In this document: positions 40,642 through 54,592 of the stretch, in pieces
How the letters are laid out: every line of letters starts with the position of its first letter
Numbering within the stretch: position 1 is the stretch's first letter
DNA from: Octopus vulgaris
Taxonomy: Eukaryota
Direction of reading: 5' to 3'
Length of the DNA: 64,000 bases
NCBI GenBank assembly: GCA_951406725.2
Contig: OX597815.1
Span: forward strand, 132,742,001 to 132,806,000
Position numbers and translations under genes: made by a program
Notes under the pieces: model-generated
What the model saw: only the letters and a program-made list of their open reading frames with translations
Told to the model about the DNA's origin: nothing
The model's database searches: none

Positions 40642-40958
40642 TGGTGTGACTTAGTGGTCAGGGCATTCGGCTCACGATCTTAAGGTCGTGAGTTCAATTC
40701 CGGGCGACACGTTGTCTCCTTGAGCAAGACACTTTATTCCACATTGCTCCAGTCCACTCAGCTGGCAAAAAGGAGTAGTAATGTATTTCAAAGGGCCAGC
40801 CTTGTTACACTCTGTGTCACGCTGAATCTCTCCGAGAACTACGTTAGAGGTACACGTGACTGTGGAGTGCTCAGCCACATGCACGTTAATTTCACGAGCA
40901 AGCTGTTCCGGTGATTGCATCAGCTGGGACCCTCGTCGTTGTAACCGACGGAGTGCTC
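40642..40958 (+). mobile_element. Full-length tRNA-derived SINE family C (another copy at 41737-42048)
   Basis: A-box tgacttagtgg, B-box gagttcaattcc, core ccttgagcaagacacttt, tail ggaccctcgtcgttgtaaccgacggagtgc. Confidence 0.85.
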
Positions 40959-41590
40959 CTTATAATTATTATATTTTCGCAGCCAAGTTGATCGGATCAG
41001 TAAAAGTTTAAGTGACATATCCCTGGACAATGTGTAATGATATAATGTGTAAGCAACTAGATCAGTCAAGACAATAAAAGATTGATGCAACTGTTAAAAG
41101 GAAAATGGAGGGCCTATAATTCCACCCTCATGACAGTCCGTTTTAAATAAATTTGCCTTGAATTAATATTTCGCAGTTGAGAGCATCTCCGCTTAGCTAA
41201 CAGTAATGAGTTGTATCGCTTACGGTACACATTTGCAGTGAGACAAATTGGACTCTACGAGAACTAACAATTTTCATAAAGAGCGCCGTGGAGCACATGA
41301 TATAAAGAACGAAATAAAAGCCCTTTGTTCGTATATGAAAACATTCATTAAGCACGACAGTCTGGGGGTTTCTGAAACTTCATTCATGAATTATTAATTA
41401 TCCACGACAATTTTACAATTATTCATTATACTTCTGTAGGGAAAATTAGTTGTGCTCACATGACGGCGTAATTTTCCATTAATCGCTACGCTACATGTTT
41501 AAACATGAAATTGCCGTTGTTATAGCGTCTCAATCATGGCCGATCTATTTTCTGTTTATTCCAAAGAAAAGCGGAGTATAATGGTACTTT

Positions 41591-41628
<38 letters not shown>

Positions 41629-42427
41629 TCTCCCCCTCTCTCCCTCTCTCTCTCCCTCTCTCCCTCTCTATTCCTCTCTGTGTGTTTACGCATGCGTCTG
41701 TGAGTGTGTGTGTGTGTGTGCGTGCATGGTCAAGTGAAGACGCGTGGGTTAGTGGTTAGGATATCCGGCTCACGATCGTAGGGTCGATTCCCAGCGGCAA
41801 GTTCTGCCCTTGAGTAAGGCACTTCATTTCACTTTGCTCCAGTCCACTCTATTGGCACGAATGCGTACTACCTGTATTTCAAAAGGCCAGCCTTGGCACA
41901 TACTCTGTTACGCGGACACTCACTGAGAACTACGTTAATGGAACGCGTGTCTGTGGAGTGCTCGGCCACTTGCACGTTAATTTCACGAGTAGGATATTCC
42001 ATTGATCGGTACAACCGCGACCCTTGTCATCGTAACCGATGGAGTGCCCTTATGTGGCAAGAGGGTATATCGAGCGCTGAAATTCATCAATGGCGTCCAG
42101 CTAAATATCTAACAGTGAGTGCTTACGAATGGATTGAAAACAGAAAACAAAGTGAAAAATCTAGTCTTGATAGCAACATTTAACGAGTGGCTGGTATGAA
42201 TTAGTTGAACAGACAACAAACTATCTAAAACTGGTAAAACATATGCAAAGTTAGCTATGGTTATGCTTACAAAATCATCTACAACAATCTTAGCCATAAA
42301 ATCCTCAGCAAAACTGTCGGTTCAAGTTCAAACATGTACCGCAGGGATTAGAGGGAGATCACTTAAATGGATGAGTGCGATTTATTTTATCACCATCAGA
42401 GAAAACTAAACTTTGTAAGTGCAATGT

Positions 42428-42745
42428 CGTGGAGCTCCTTCGGTTACGATGACGTTGGTTCCAGTTGATCCGATCAACGGAACAACCTGCTCGTGAAATT
42501 AACGTGCAAGTGGCTGAGCACTCCACAGACACGTGTACCCTTTGAAATACAGGTAGAACAAAAACAGGAAGAAAGAGTAAGAGAAAGTTGTTTTGAAAGA
42601 GGACAGCAGGGTTCACCACCACCCCTGCCGGAGCCTCATAGAGCTTTAGGTCGCTCAATAAACACAACGCCGGACTGGGAATCGAAACCGCGATCCTACG
42701 ATCGCGAGTCTGCTGGGTTATTGGACTGGGTCATTACGCCTCCAC
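42428..42745 (-). mobile_element. SINE family D
   Basis: Collinear with 26862-27321. Confidence 0.8.
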
Positions 42746-43649
42746 GTAAGTGCATTGTAGATAATTAATGACTCATCTTTGTATTCAGCATTGTTTTATA
42801 CTTCTGTAGGTCTTTTCTTCTTTTAGTTTTCAAATATTATACCCCATGTATAGTTAACTATGGTATCATCAAGGGTGTTAGCAGGTAAACGAACTATATC
42901 ATTATTTGACGTGTTCATTATCGCAAGATCACGATTCCCTACCGCGATATGAATTTTTACTTTCTCTTTCTGCCAGTTTCTACTTCAAACGCTAATCTGC
43001 ATTATGCATGCTCCCCTGTCAAATCTGCTGCAACTGCAAGATTTGTAAACCGTTATAATTCCCCGTTGATCTGCTTTCTATTTCAACTCCACTCTTATCA
43101 TTGCATATAACAGCTTGATGGATGAATAGATTTAAAATTTACAAGCCTTCCAAGTAATTTCGTTCCACACAAAAATCCCATGATATCGTGACGTCAAACT
43201 TTTAATCAATATTAAATATTTATTTTGTTACGTGTTTTACAACATTTTCAGGGAATGAAATACTGTCATCTTAATCAAAAATATTAGTGAAAACTGTTAG
43301 ACGATAATTGAATTATTATTTACCTTTTAACAACTTAAACCTTAAACAAATTATACTACAATTATTCTTTGTCAGCTCTGATAATCTGACACAACCATGC
43401 AAGTAAATTTTCAAAATGAAATTGTGTCCTGAAATTGAAATGTTCAAATAATGAATTAATAATATTGGATAATAAAGTATTTCGCATTAGGCATTCACCA
43501 GATTTCCAAATACGATATTGTTGTATATAATTTAGCATAAATAACTTTCGGATTTTCATGCATATTTTTACATGTTAAAATATTTTTTACTGTTTTGGGC
43601 ATTTTGCCATCAATACCATAAATAACTTTGATAACTTTGATAGGTTTTA

Positions 43650-44085
43650 GCCAGTATAGGCCCAGGCGATGTCTAACTGAATAGCACCACTTGGGGAAGT
43701 CTTTCAGTCATATATAGGGCACCATAGCCAACTCCAGCAAAGAGTTATTATTGTTGGAGACATAACCGGGTGTAGGAGGTTAGTCAGGGATGTTTTGGAG
43801 AAATTTGTCCAGTGAACATTTGAATTTTATGCGATCCGTTTCCGTTTTGAGGTATTTTGGTATGGACCAGTTGAGATAAAGTAATTGTGATATAATGTTG
43901 CTGTATGTACTGAGTTCGATTTTTGTAGCAGGCGGACAGCACAGGGACCAAGTCTTGAATGGATTTTAAAATTGATGCCAACATCATTTGTGCACTATTG
44001 ATGGAATATTTTCCACATAACAGAAATGATGTAGCACCCCTTTTCATTTCTATGCACAATTCCTGAAATTTGTCGGGAAGTAATA
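43650..44085 (-). mobile_element. Decayed CR1-like LINE 3' end
   Basis: A minus-strand frame gives FKCSLDKFLQNIPD*PPTPGYVSNNNNSLLE, typical of CR1 ORF2 C-termini. Confidence 0.6.
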
Positions 44086-44099
44086 CTCGATTACCTTGT

Positions 44100-44602
44100 C
44101 CCCACTGTTCAACTAGTGCTTATTTCTGAGAGGAAGAAAGACAAAGTCGACCTAAGCGGAATTTGAACTCAGAAAGTAAGGATTCAAAATACCGACTAGT
44201 ATTTTGTCTGGTTTACTAACGTTTCTTTTCTACTCTAGGCACAAGGACTGAAATTTTGGGGGATGAGCCCAGTCGATTAGATAGACCCCAGTACGCAAAT
44301 GGTGCTTAACCCCGAAAGGATGAAGAGCAAAGTCGACCTCGGTGGAGTTTGGACTCAGAACGTAAAGACAGACAAAATACCTATTTCTTTACTACCCACA
44401 ACAGAGAGAACAAACAAGGACAGACAAACGGATTAAGTCGATTATATCGACCCCAGTGCGTAACTGGTACTTAATTTATCGACCCCGAAAGGATGAAAGG
44501 CAAAGTTGACCTCGGCGGAATTTGAACTCAGAGCGTATCGGCAGACGAAATACAGCTACGCATTTCGCCCGGCGTGCTAACGTTTCTGCCAGCTCGCCGC
44601 CT
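44100..44602 (-). mobile_element. SINE family B: dimer plus an extra degenerate monomer
   Basis: Core motif aaagtcgacct..g.gga.tttg.actcaga occurs three times. Other B copies at ~4660-4850(-), 47930-48300(+), 49450-49655(+), 58535-58750(-). Confidence 0.8.
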
Positions 44603-45809
44603 TTTTGACAAAAACATATTGACAGCATATTTGAATTGAATCGGCTTAACGAATGTATCACAGCCTCTTGTTACTAAGTGCACCTAGACATATGAGAACT
44701 CTTCGGATATATGAGATGTTAGTATCAACAAGGCCTCTAAGCGGTCAGTATTTACGGGGCATACAAATCTGTGTGCGCATATTGATGTCTCAAGTGAAAC
44801 CTAATCCCACAAAATCATGGCTTAATGACTTGACTTTAATTTCAAGCTTGAATATCTTAAATGCTTTTTGTATCGTCAGCAGAAACTCTGATGCTTTTCA
44901 TGGATTTCTAACTTTGTATAATCACCCGTCGATTTACCTTCTCTGCCAACGACTCCACCTCCATGAAAAAACAGTTGTTTTATAGCCACCTATTCCAGAA
45001 GCGTAGGAAATAACACATCTTATTGAGATATATATGCAGTGGTTATGCAGTGATTATCACAGTACGAGTAACAAGATACATACGTCACCGACACACCTAG
45101 ATGCGCTTCATTAGACATTAGTAGCTAATCGAACTTAGATACTTCTATGCAGTCATAAATAATCTCCTTGCTGCAACGCAAAACACCACACACACTCACA
45201 CTGAAACATTCACCAACACACACACACTCACACACGCACACACACACACGCGCCCGCACATGCACACACGTATGCATAAACTAATTTGTCGTTATCTAAT
45301 ATACGCGGATATGCAAAATATTTCTTTTCATTTTCTCAATAATGAAGGTTTGGGTTCTCGCATAGGAAATACATTATCAATTGCCGGTAAACACCCAATC
45401 CCGAGGGCGCAGGTATGGTTGTGTAGTAAAGAAGATCACTTTGCTATCACATAGTATCAAGTTCAGTCTCACTCCACAGCTCCTTCGACAAGTGTCTTCT
45501 TCTAGAGTCCCGTGCTGACCAGAGCCTTTCGAGTGAATTTGATAGATGGCAAATGTGTGTGTGCGTGCGCGTGTGTGTGTGTGTGTCAGTGTGTGCTTGT
45601 GTGTGTGCACGCGAGTGTGTTTGTCACCTCACTGCCGCCATACAACTGCTGCATACAGACAGATGCATGTGCAATATGTTTATATTGATAACAAGTGATG
45701 TACTGAAAGGATATATTGCTAAAAGTAATACTTGAAATGTCCTAAGTATAAACATTTAACTTTGACTGTAAAATATTAACATAAATCTGTTATTTATTAT
45801 ATGATACAG

Positions 45810-45910
45810 TTATAATCCTAAAGATGGCACGTGGAGAAAAAGAACACCAATGCCTACACCGAGAATGAGATTTTCAGCTTGTGTTAAAGATAATGTAATA
45901 TACGTTGTTG
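45810..45910 (+). CDS. Kelch-repeat gene, coding exon 3 (101 bp; not in the ORF track)
   Basis: Acceptor gatacAG and donor G|GTAAGT. TG|T = Cys, then YNPKDGTWRKRTPMPTPRMRFSACVKDNVIYVVG, a canonical kelch repeat in phase with exon 2. Confidence 0.92.
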
Positions 45911-46302
45911 GTAAGTTCATTCCTTACACGTTTTTTTTTTATCGTTTAATTTATGTTATTGTAAATATCGGTTGTTCTGAGCATTCTTGAAGCAGCACGC
46001 TCTCCCACAATTCCCGAAACGGAAAATGGAACTGGAGAGGACATTGGAATATCCAAGATTTTTCTTTATTTTATTAGATTCACGATATTCTTAATTATGC
46101 AAAAACAAACTTTGCCCACCAGATTCTCAAATGGCATGGCAATTTTACTCTCAATTATATGTACGATGATTAGCGGTTTGCATCAAAATATTTCACCAAT
46201 ACACAATTCCGTCCTGTTCACATTGAGATTTGGAAAATAGTTTACTATTTTTCTTCATATTGTTCCCATTTTGCTTCTTTTTAATGAAACGAATTCTCTC
46301 AC

Positions 46303-46381
<79 letters not shown>

Positions 46382-47349
46382 CTATCTCTCTCTCTCTCTG
46401 TCTCTTTTCTTTCTTTCTTTCCAACACACACACACGCATACACACGCACATATCATGCTGAAGAATCTCTGATATAATGTATAAAGTATGAAGCATTACG
46501 TTTCCTGTAAAAAAACAAAGAAAGAAGAACAGCACGTTCCGTTCCCGTTAGTTTACGTATTTTCGTCGGTAATTATCTACAAATATAACCGCTTCTACAA
46601 TCGATAGTTTTTGAAATTATTTTTTGTTTGAATTTAATGAGATTTCAGTGGAAACAACATCATCTTTTCGCTCTTCTAAACATTGAGTCTGCTTTCTTCG
46701 CATGCACGGCTTCTTTAACATGTAGTTAAATTTTGTTAAAATAACAACAAATTCCATTATTGGAGAAAAATCTATTTTGCTTCAGGTAACTGCACAAAAG
46801 TTCTTAATTCTATTTATACAATTCAAAATGCCACATTCTGAACTACAAGTACATATACATCGGTACGTCACGTTTTGTCATAGTATTTATTGAGAGAAAA
46901 AATACCTCTTCCTTGTGGCCTTCATTTTTATAACGAGTACGCTTTTTTAAAAGATCATGGCTCGAATAGATTTCATTGAAAGATATAGAAAAAATAGACA
47001 AGATTGTTGTCATTATTAGATGTTATCTTGTTAAGACATATGATATGCTTACAGTTCTTTCCGTTATTTTATTCATGATTCGATAGCATGTAGTAATCAA
47101 GTAAATTCATTATGTGATCTTTATATTATTGTTGTTATATTATATATTTCCATTTGTTTGTGACGTAAATCAAGAAATAATTTTTCAGTATTGTTACTCC
47201 AGTGGCGTAAGTGGTAAGTATTTCTCAAAATAATTGTAGCTAGCTTCCTTCTCCAAAACAGATAGGTGGATTCAGATAGTAAGTTCGCCGTGCTGGACCA
47301 GAAGAGCAACGAAGATGGTGCATTGAGGTTAGTGTCTGCTTATGTCTGA

Positions 47350-47710
47350 CTGCTCCATGCTGGAGCACCGCCTTTAGTCGAGCAAATCGACCCCAGGACT
47401 TATTCTTTGTAAGCCTAGTACTTATTCTACCGGTCTTTTTTGCCGAACCGCTAAGTTACGGGGACGTAAACACACCAGCATCGATTGTCAAGCGATCTTG
47501 GGGGGATAAACACAACACACAAACATACACATATGTATATACATATATACGACGGGCTTCTTTCAGTTTCCGTCTACCAAATCCATTCACAAGGCTTTGG
47601 TCGGCCCGAGACTATAGTAGAAAACACTTGCCCAAGGTGCCACGCAGTAGGACTGAACCTGGAACCATGTGGTTCGTAAGCAAGCTACTTACCACACAGC
47701 CACTCCTACG
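47350..47710 (-). mobile_element. SINE family A, well preserved
   Basis: Reverse complement collinear with 16076-16542. Confidence 0.88.
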
Positions 47711-47861
47711 ACTAATGTATACTTTTTACTCCTTTAACTTACATCCTTCATACTTTATGCAAGCTTTCAAAGAAATTATAAACTACCATAATGTCTCTCA
47801 TAAGATGCCCCATTGGCAAATAAAAGATATCATTATCCTCATATTCCTCATCATCCTCACC

Positions 47862-47928
<67 letters not shown>
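47862..47928. repeat. (TAG)n microsatellite
   Basis: Direct inspection. Confidence 0.95.
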
Positions 47929-48537
47929 AGCCGGCTAGCAGCTAGAATCGTATGTGCGACGGGCAAAATACCTATCGTCATTTCGTTCTGAGCTCAAATT
48001 TCACCGTGGTCGACTTTCTGGATTGATAAAATAAGTACCAGTCAATGTAATCCCAAATATCAGGCCTTGTGCCTATAATAGAAAGGTTTATTATTATTTA
48101 AAACTAATATTATTAAGATGGAAAGGCGAGAAGGCGACGAGCTGGTAGAATCGTAAGCACGCCAAGCAAAATGCTTAACTTCACTTCGTCCGCCTTTAAA
48201 CTCTGAGCTCAAACTGAGCGCAGCACTGGAGCCTATATAATCAACTTACTCTCTCCCCAGAACTTGCTGGCCTTATGTCAAAATTTTAAATCAATATCGT
48301 TATTAAAAAGACGAATGAATCATTAGAACAGTGTACCGTGTCTTGTTTCAATGTTGATAAAAGAAGCAGCAGTCAATATTTGAGGCAATTTATCTTTCGA
48401 AAATTCCCTCTCCAACATCATTTCTGTCAAGCAAGTGCAATAATATAGCGGTGTTGACAAGTTCCAGATGCTATAAATTGAATCCACAATATACACACCA
48501 ATGAAAACATTTCGCATCAATAACTTCATAGCTGTAA

Positions 48538-48635
<98 letters not shown>

Positions 48636-49250
48636 CACATCATGTAACGATCATTATAATATTTTGTTTCGTATCAATTACATCTACCTCTTTCAATTAG
48701 TTTCATTTCACGTAGACCCATATTTAACCTCGGTTATATTTCTGTTTTTACGCAGTTGATAAAAGTATTCAAAGTGATTTCTATCGACTTTCTGTAACAA
48801 ACAGGTTTAATATATAACTTAATGCAATCCCAAAACACGTGACAATTTCACAATAAACATCACATTTTAGCTTGGCGCCGTAGAATAGTATTCGTTTCGT
48901 TCCGATTCCTTAGCTCTGAATAATTCCTTCATTCTGATGTCAGAATCGATATTTAACATTCGGTTTCCATTCTTCAAAGATAAAGTGAAGCATGAACAGC
49001 ACACAACAACACAATTCTCCTGTTTACCCTTTTCTGTAATTATTATGTTGCACATGTGTAAATGGATGGACTATTATTTCGGCGTGGTTCAGAAAACAGT
49101 TTGTGGTAAAAGCCATCGAATATCGACGAGAAGTATTTTCTTTCTGCTTCAGTGAACGAATGTTTCTTAGAAAAATTGTTTTATTTTCTACGAAGGCAAA
49201 AGAAAAATAAATAAATAAATCAGCAATAAATTACACACACAGCACGCACG

Positions 49251-49297
<47 letters not shown>

Positions 49298-49780
49298 CGC
49301 GCGCAGACACACACACGCACACATAACAGCAGCAAACACAAACGAGCACACGAACACAAGCGAACACACAAACACACACATACAGCTGTGATGTGCATGT
49401 GTGTGTGTGTGTGTGTAAACTGAAGTCCTAGGGATAGCGAAAAGAAGTGACATTGGCAGAATCGTTATCACCCCGGACGAAGCGTTTAACGGCATTTCGT
49501 CTAATTTTAAGCTTTGCGTTCAAATGCCGCCGAGATCAACTTTGGCTTTCATTCTTCGATGATCGATAAAATAAATATCAGTTGAGTAGAGGGGTCGAGA
49601 TAATCGAGTAGCTTCATCCTCCATAATTACAGGTCTTGTGCCCAAACTAAAAATTATATATATATAATTTCCACAATACTCCATAGGTAATCCCTAACAA
49701 CCTTATAAATATCCATTTTAATTTCTAATCCTTATCTAACTCCTCTTTTCTTACTTTAGGATCACAATCATTTAATTATA

Positions 49781-49852
<72 letters not shown>

Positions 49853-49874
49853 TATATATATATACATATATATA

Positions 49875-51257
49875 TCATCATCATCATCATCATTGTCATC
49901 ATCATGGCTTGGCTTCGTGAACGAAAATTAGGAAGGTTGTCCACATCGTCTGCAGGCACGCTCATGACTGACAAGTCCGAGCGGGAAAGGCAGGTCCGTG
50001 AGCAGAGTCCACAGCAGTGTCCATCCGGTGTGGTGTCAGAGGCGGCTCGGGCCTTCCTCCTACGTCTCTTGTCTTTATGTGCGTCTCTTTTGTGTTCTTC
50101 AAACTCGTTGACCGCGTTGAAGATCGTGTGGCGCTAAGCATCACGGTCCGCAGCCAGGTCTGCCCAGCATTGGTGGTCAACATGACATGCGGTGAAAGAC
50201 TTTTTGAGGCAGTCTTTGTAGCCTTTCCCTGGGGTTCCACTCTCACAGCGGCCGATGGAGGGTTCGCCAAACAAGGCAATCTTAGGAAGGCGATGGTTCT
50301 CCATTTTGGAAACAAGCCCTGCCCATCAGAGGTGGTACTTCAGTAGCATGGCTTCAATGCTGGAGATCTCGGTCTGCTCCAAAACTTCAATGTTTGTGAC
50401 GAAGTCACTCCGGTGAATGTTGGGAGTGGTGCGGAGACATCGCTGGTGGAAGCGCTCGAGGAGACGGATGTGACTGCGACAGGTGACCCAGGCCTCCGAG
50501 CCGTAAAGGAGAGTGGTGAGAAACACGGCCCTGTAGACGATGATCCTTGTCTTGTTCTTCAAGTTATTCGTGTGCTAAACATGTTCGTACAATCTGCCAA
50601 AGGAGCTATTTGCCTTAGAGAGTCTATTGTCAATTTCCTTGTCGAACCTTGCATCGAATGAGATGATGCAGCCCGGGTATGAGAACTGCTGTGTTGATTT
50701 CAGTTCGGTACCTCAGATGGTAATCTGGGGTAGAAGGTATACTGCTTTGGGTGCAGGCTGGTGAAGTACCTCCGTCTTCTTGAGGTTGACCTCCATACCA
50801 AAGAGTCGCGTGGCGTCCACAAAGCAGGACGTGATGCACTGCAGAGGTCGCTCTGTGTGAGCGACGAGAGCAACTTCGTCCGCGAAAAGAAGGTCTCAGA
50901 TCAGCTTCTCCTGGGTCTTGGTGTGGGCTTCAATGCACCGTAGATTGAAGATACTGCCATCCAGACGCTACCTGACATACACCTCATCCCCAACCTCCAG
51001 ATCTTCAGTTGCATGCTTGAGAATCATGCTGAAAAAGATGCTGAAGAGAGTCGGTGCCAGGACACAACCCTGCTTCACGCCGTTAGAGATGGGGACGGGC
51101 TCCGACAGGTCACCGTGGAGTCTGATCTGGCCACGCTGGTTCTCGTGTAGCTGGATCACCATCTGTAGAAAATTAGTGGGACAGCCAGGTCGTTCCAGGA
51201 TGAGCCATAGTCCTGTGCTACTTACTGTTTCAAATGCTTTTGTGAGGTCGACAAATA
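49875..51257 (-). mobile_element. 5'-truncated RTE-clade (BovB-like) LINE: RT to 3' end with (GAT)n tail
   Basis: FVDLTKAFETV, NGVKQGCVLAPTLFSIFF, LLFADE, VYRAVFLTTLLYGSEAW, LERFHQRCLR. Frameshifted; tail gccATGATGA...; (TA)n on both flanks. Confidence 0.92.
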
Positions 51258-51260
51258 TAT

Positions 51261-51314
<54 letters not shown>

Positions 51315-51595
51315 ACGTATGTATGTATGCGTGGTGTATGTACATATACATACATATATGATAATACATATGGATACACGTATGTATGGGTTTGTGTATA
51401 TAGGTGTATGTGTATGTATGCGTTATATATGTGTGTGTATATATGCGTGTGTATATATGTACATGTATAAATGTATGTGTGTATATACGTGTGTATGTAT
51501 GCATATATGAGCATGCAAGCGGGTACATGTGAGCATATACGAGTATAGGTATAGATATTTTATATAAGCGTGGATTTGTATATGAGTATGTGTAG

Positions 51596-51647
<52 letters not shown>

Positions 51648-51880
51648 ACATACCCGCCTGGGTGGGTATGTACGTGTATATATACACTTACATACATTTA
51701 TGCGCGAGTATGAGTCTCCATGCATTTTTTTTTATTTACAAGAATTTATATATACAAAATAGATACGAATGAGTGTCTATAGGCGTGAATGCGTGTGAAC
51801 ATAGAGTTTGTATGCGTATATATATATGTTGATGCATGTATATGTCTATATACATGTGTGGATACGTGTATGTGTGTATT
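51258..51880. repeat. Degenerate (TA)/(TG) low-complexity region
   Basis: Direct inspection. Confidence 0.85.
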
Positions 51881-52093
51881 CATTTTCACAAATATAAATT
51901 CTTTATTTCTTCTCTACTAACCAGTCTATTCTAGGAACTTCACTATATATTCCACCTGAAGTTTATTACCAAAACTAATTCCCACTTACACATCATCCGA
52001 CCCTTACTTTCTCTCTGCACTTTCTTTACCCATCCCTTAATGCAGCTATGTCACAACACTCCTGCTAATATACCTCACACTCTTTCACTCTTT

Positions 52094-52125
<32 letters not shown>

Positions 52126-52276
52126 CCCTCCCTCACCTCCCCCTACTTTCTATCATTTTATCCTGACCACTAGCTAAAACACCTCTTTTTTCTCTTGTTT
52201 ATTGTCTCCCTTCCCCCTTTTCTTCTTTTTTGTCTTTTCCTGTCTGATTTGACCTTACAAACAAATTCCCAATTTT

Positions 52277-52615
52277 TAAGTCACTCAAAAAAAAACCCTC
52301 GATCAAATAACACTGTTTACAAGATTCTATGCTTGGAATGACCAAATATGAACAGCATTGGAAATCACACACAAGGTACAGGAAACTTAAATAATGGAAC
52401 TGCAAATAAAATATCCTTACGTATCTCAATTCTATTTTCATTCCTTCACTTCCCTCTGTATTTCATATCTTCTCTACAATAATTATTACTTAAACATTTC
52501 CTCATACCGTCTCTGATGAAGGGATATATAAAATATCCCGGAAACAGCTGTAAGACCTCTTTATAAATGTTCTGAAAAGTATTCAAAGCCTTGGGTTTTT
52601 TTTAATCTCATTCTG

Positions 52616-52620
<5 letters not shown>
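52277..52620 (+). mobile_element. Non-coding hammerhead-bearing repeat, copy 1 (Penelope pLTR-like or retrozyme-like)
   Basis: Aligns over ~340 bp with 63126-63458, ends in (TA)n, and contains a hammerhead at 52509-52556. Confidence 0.75.
52509..52556 (+). ncRNA. Type I minimal hammerhead ribozyme
   Basis: Stem I gtct/agac; core CTGATGA; stem II GGGATAT/ATATCCC; GAAAC; palindromic stem III (acagctgt); GTA cleavage triplet. Confidence 0.8.
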
Positions 52621-52689
<69 letters not shown>

Positions 52690-52730
52690 AGAAATGGAGT
52701 TAGACGCAGGTGTTATTCAAATCTTTATAC

Positions 52731-52816
52731 TTCCACCATATGTTTCGAAGAAAACATTGGTATTATTCCAGAGGGAATAAAATAATGTAAGACAATGCGA
52801 TCTTCTCATCAGGGAA
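52731..52816 (-). ncRNA. Hammerhead-like motif with a long stem II and a degenerate cleavage site
   Basis: Reverse complement ttcc CTGATGA gaaga...tcttc GAAAC atat GGT ggaa. Confidence 0.5.
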
Positions 52817-53397
52817 AAAAAGAGAAACAAAATACTTTAATAAGCCATTTTAACCGAATATGATTACTGCATATATGATGAAGAGAACGCTGGTATGTTA
52901 TTTTCTTTTAATGACCGTTAATAGATTTAACGTCAAAGGCAATTTATAGAAATAGGGAAAAAAAGAAAGAAATTAGCAGAAAAATAAAAATAGGGAAATA
53001 TAGGCAAATAGGAATAAACCTTAAAGGCGTGGAAATAGATTGTGGAAAAGAAATGTAAGAAGACAGTTAAAGGTCGAAATTATTTATAGAAATTAAAAGT
53101 ATGTTTTTGCCAATGTTTGCGACGATAAACGCGTTCTTTAAATATGTTTACAAGAGCATTCTCTGAGAACAGGATGAAATACAGTTCTTCGTTAGATTTC
53201 TATATTTATCTATGAAATACAAAAACATTTCACTAAACCCTAGAATTTCTACCTTTATAAGTAGGCTGTAACATCCTTGATACTTATGTAAACTTCTGCT
53301 ACCCTGGTAACTATTTATTCATTTTTCTCGTCTTATTCGTACACATTGAAAAATACACATACATTTATATGTGTGTGTGTATGTGTGGGAGATAGAG

Positions 53398-53660
53398 AGG
53401 GCGCATGACGTAGTGGTTAGAGTATTGCACTCACGATCTCGCGATCCTGATTTCAATTTCTAGATCGAGTGATACGTTGTATTCATGAGCAAAACACTTC
53501 ATCTGACGTCGCTCCGCGATCACTTCGACACCTAACACGTTGTACACTATGCACTTGTTCAGATGACGTTGATTTGATGGGGAGAGAGAGTAAATTGATA
53601 TGCGACACAAACATTTCATCATATCGTGATGCGCAGATCGTTTGGTAGAAGCTGAATGCT
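53398..53660 (+). mobile_element. Degenerate tRNA-derived SINE (C-like head, different tail)
   Basis: ggcgcatgacgtagtggttagag...tgagcaaaacactt. Confidence 0.6.
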
Positions 53661-54177
53661 CATACATACACTTTTTCACTCATTGGTGATGTCCTGCACC
53701 CATTGTGTACGTTTTGGTATTTTGTCCTATACTTATCTCTCGTGGGATTACGTATTTTTCACTCGTTGGTGATGTACTTAATTTGTAATTTTTATTTATT
53801 TATAATCGAACGCCACGCAGCTTTGTCCACAGTAAGCTCTTACATTCATATATAATTTCTACGACTGTGAATAATGGAATGTATTAATGCCCACAGGGCA
53901 GTTGGATCTCATTGTTTTTCATTTCATCATAATTTATAGATTTACAGACTGTAAGGTCGTTGCCGGTTAGAGAGGCAATTACTGGTCAGAGTGTTACGAC
54001 AATCATTTTACTATACAACATTCTCACAACTTCCAATGTATAACTCTCGAAAACTGTACATGAGCATTCTGCGTTTCGAAAATATTCGTAAACCATAAAT
54101 AAACATAAAAATCTTAGATATATTTCCAAAGAATAATGCGTTGCTAAGTGTGGTTTCCTACAAAATAGCGGATAATA

Positions 54178-54331
54178 GGTGTAGGAGTGGTTGTGCTGTA
54201 AGAAGATTGCTTCCCAACCACATGGTTCTGGTTTTAGTCCCATTGCGTGACACATTGAGCAAGTATCTTCTATTATAGCCTCGGGTCTTGTGAGTGGAGT
54301 TGGTAGAGGGAAACTGAAAGAAGCCTGTCGT

Positions 54332-54396
<65 letters not shown>

Positions 54397-54592
54397 CCGC
54401 ACCATCGCTTAACAACTGATGCTGGTGTGTTTACGACTCCGTATCTTAGCAGTTCGGCAAAAGAGACTGATAGAATAAGTACTGGTATCGATTTATTCAA
54501 ATAATGGCGGTGCTCCAACGTGGCGGTGCTCCAACAAATGGTGGTGCTCCAACACAGTCAAATGACTGAAACAAGTAAAAAAATAAAAGAAT
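54178..54592 (+). mobile_element. SINE family A with a triplicated ggcggtgctccaac motif
   Basis: Collinear with 16076-16542. Confidence 0.8.
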
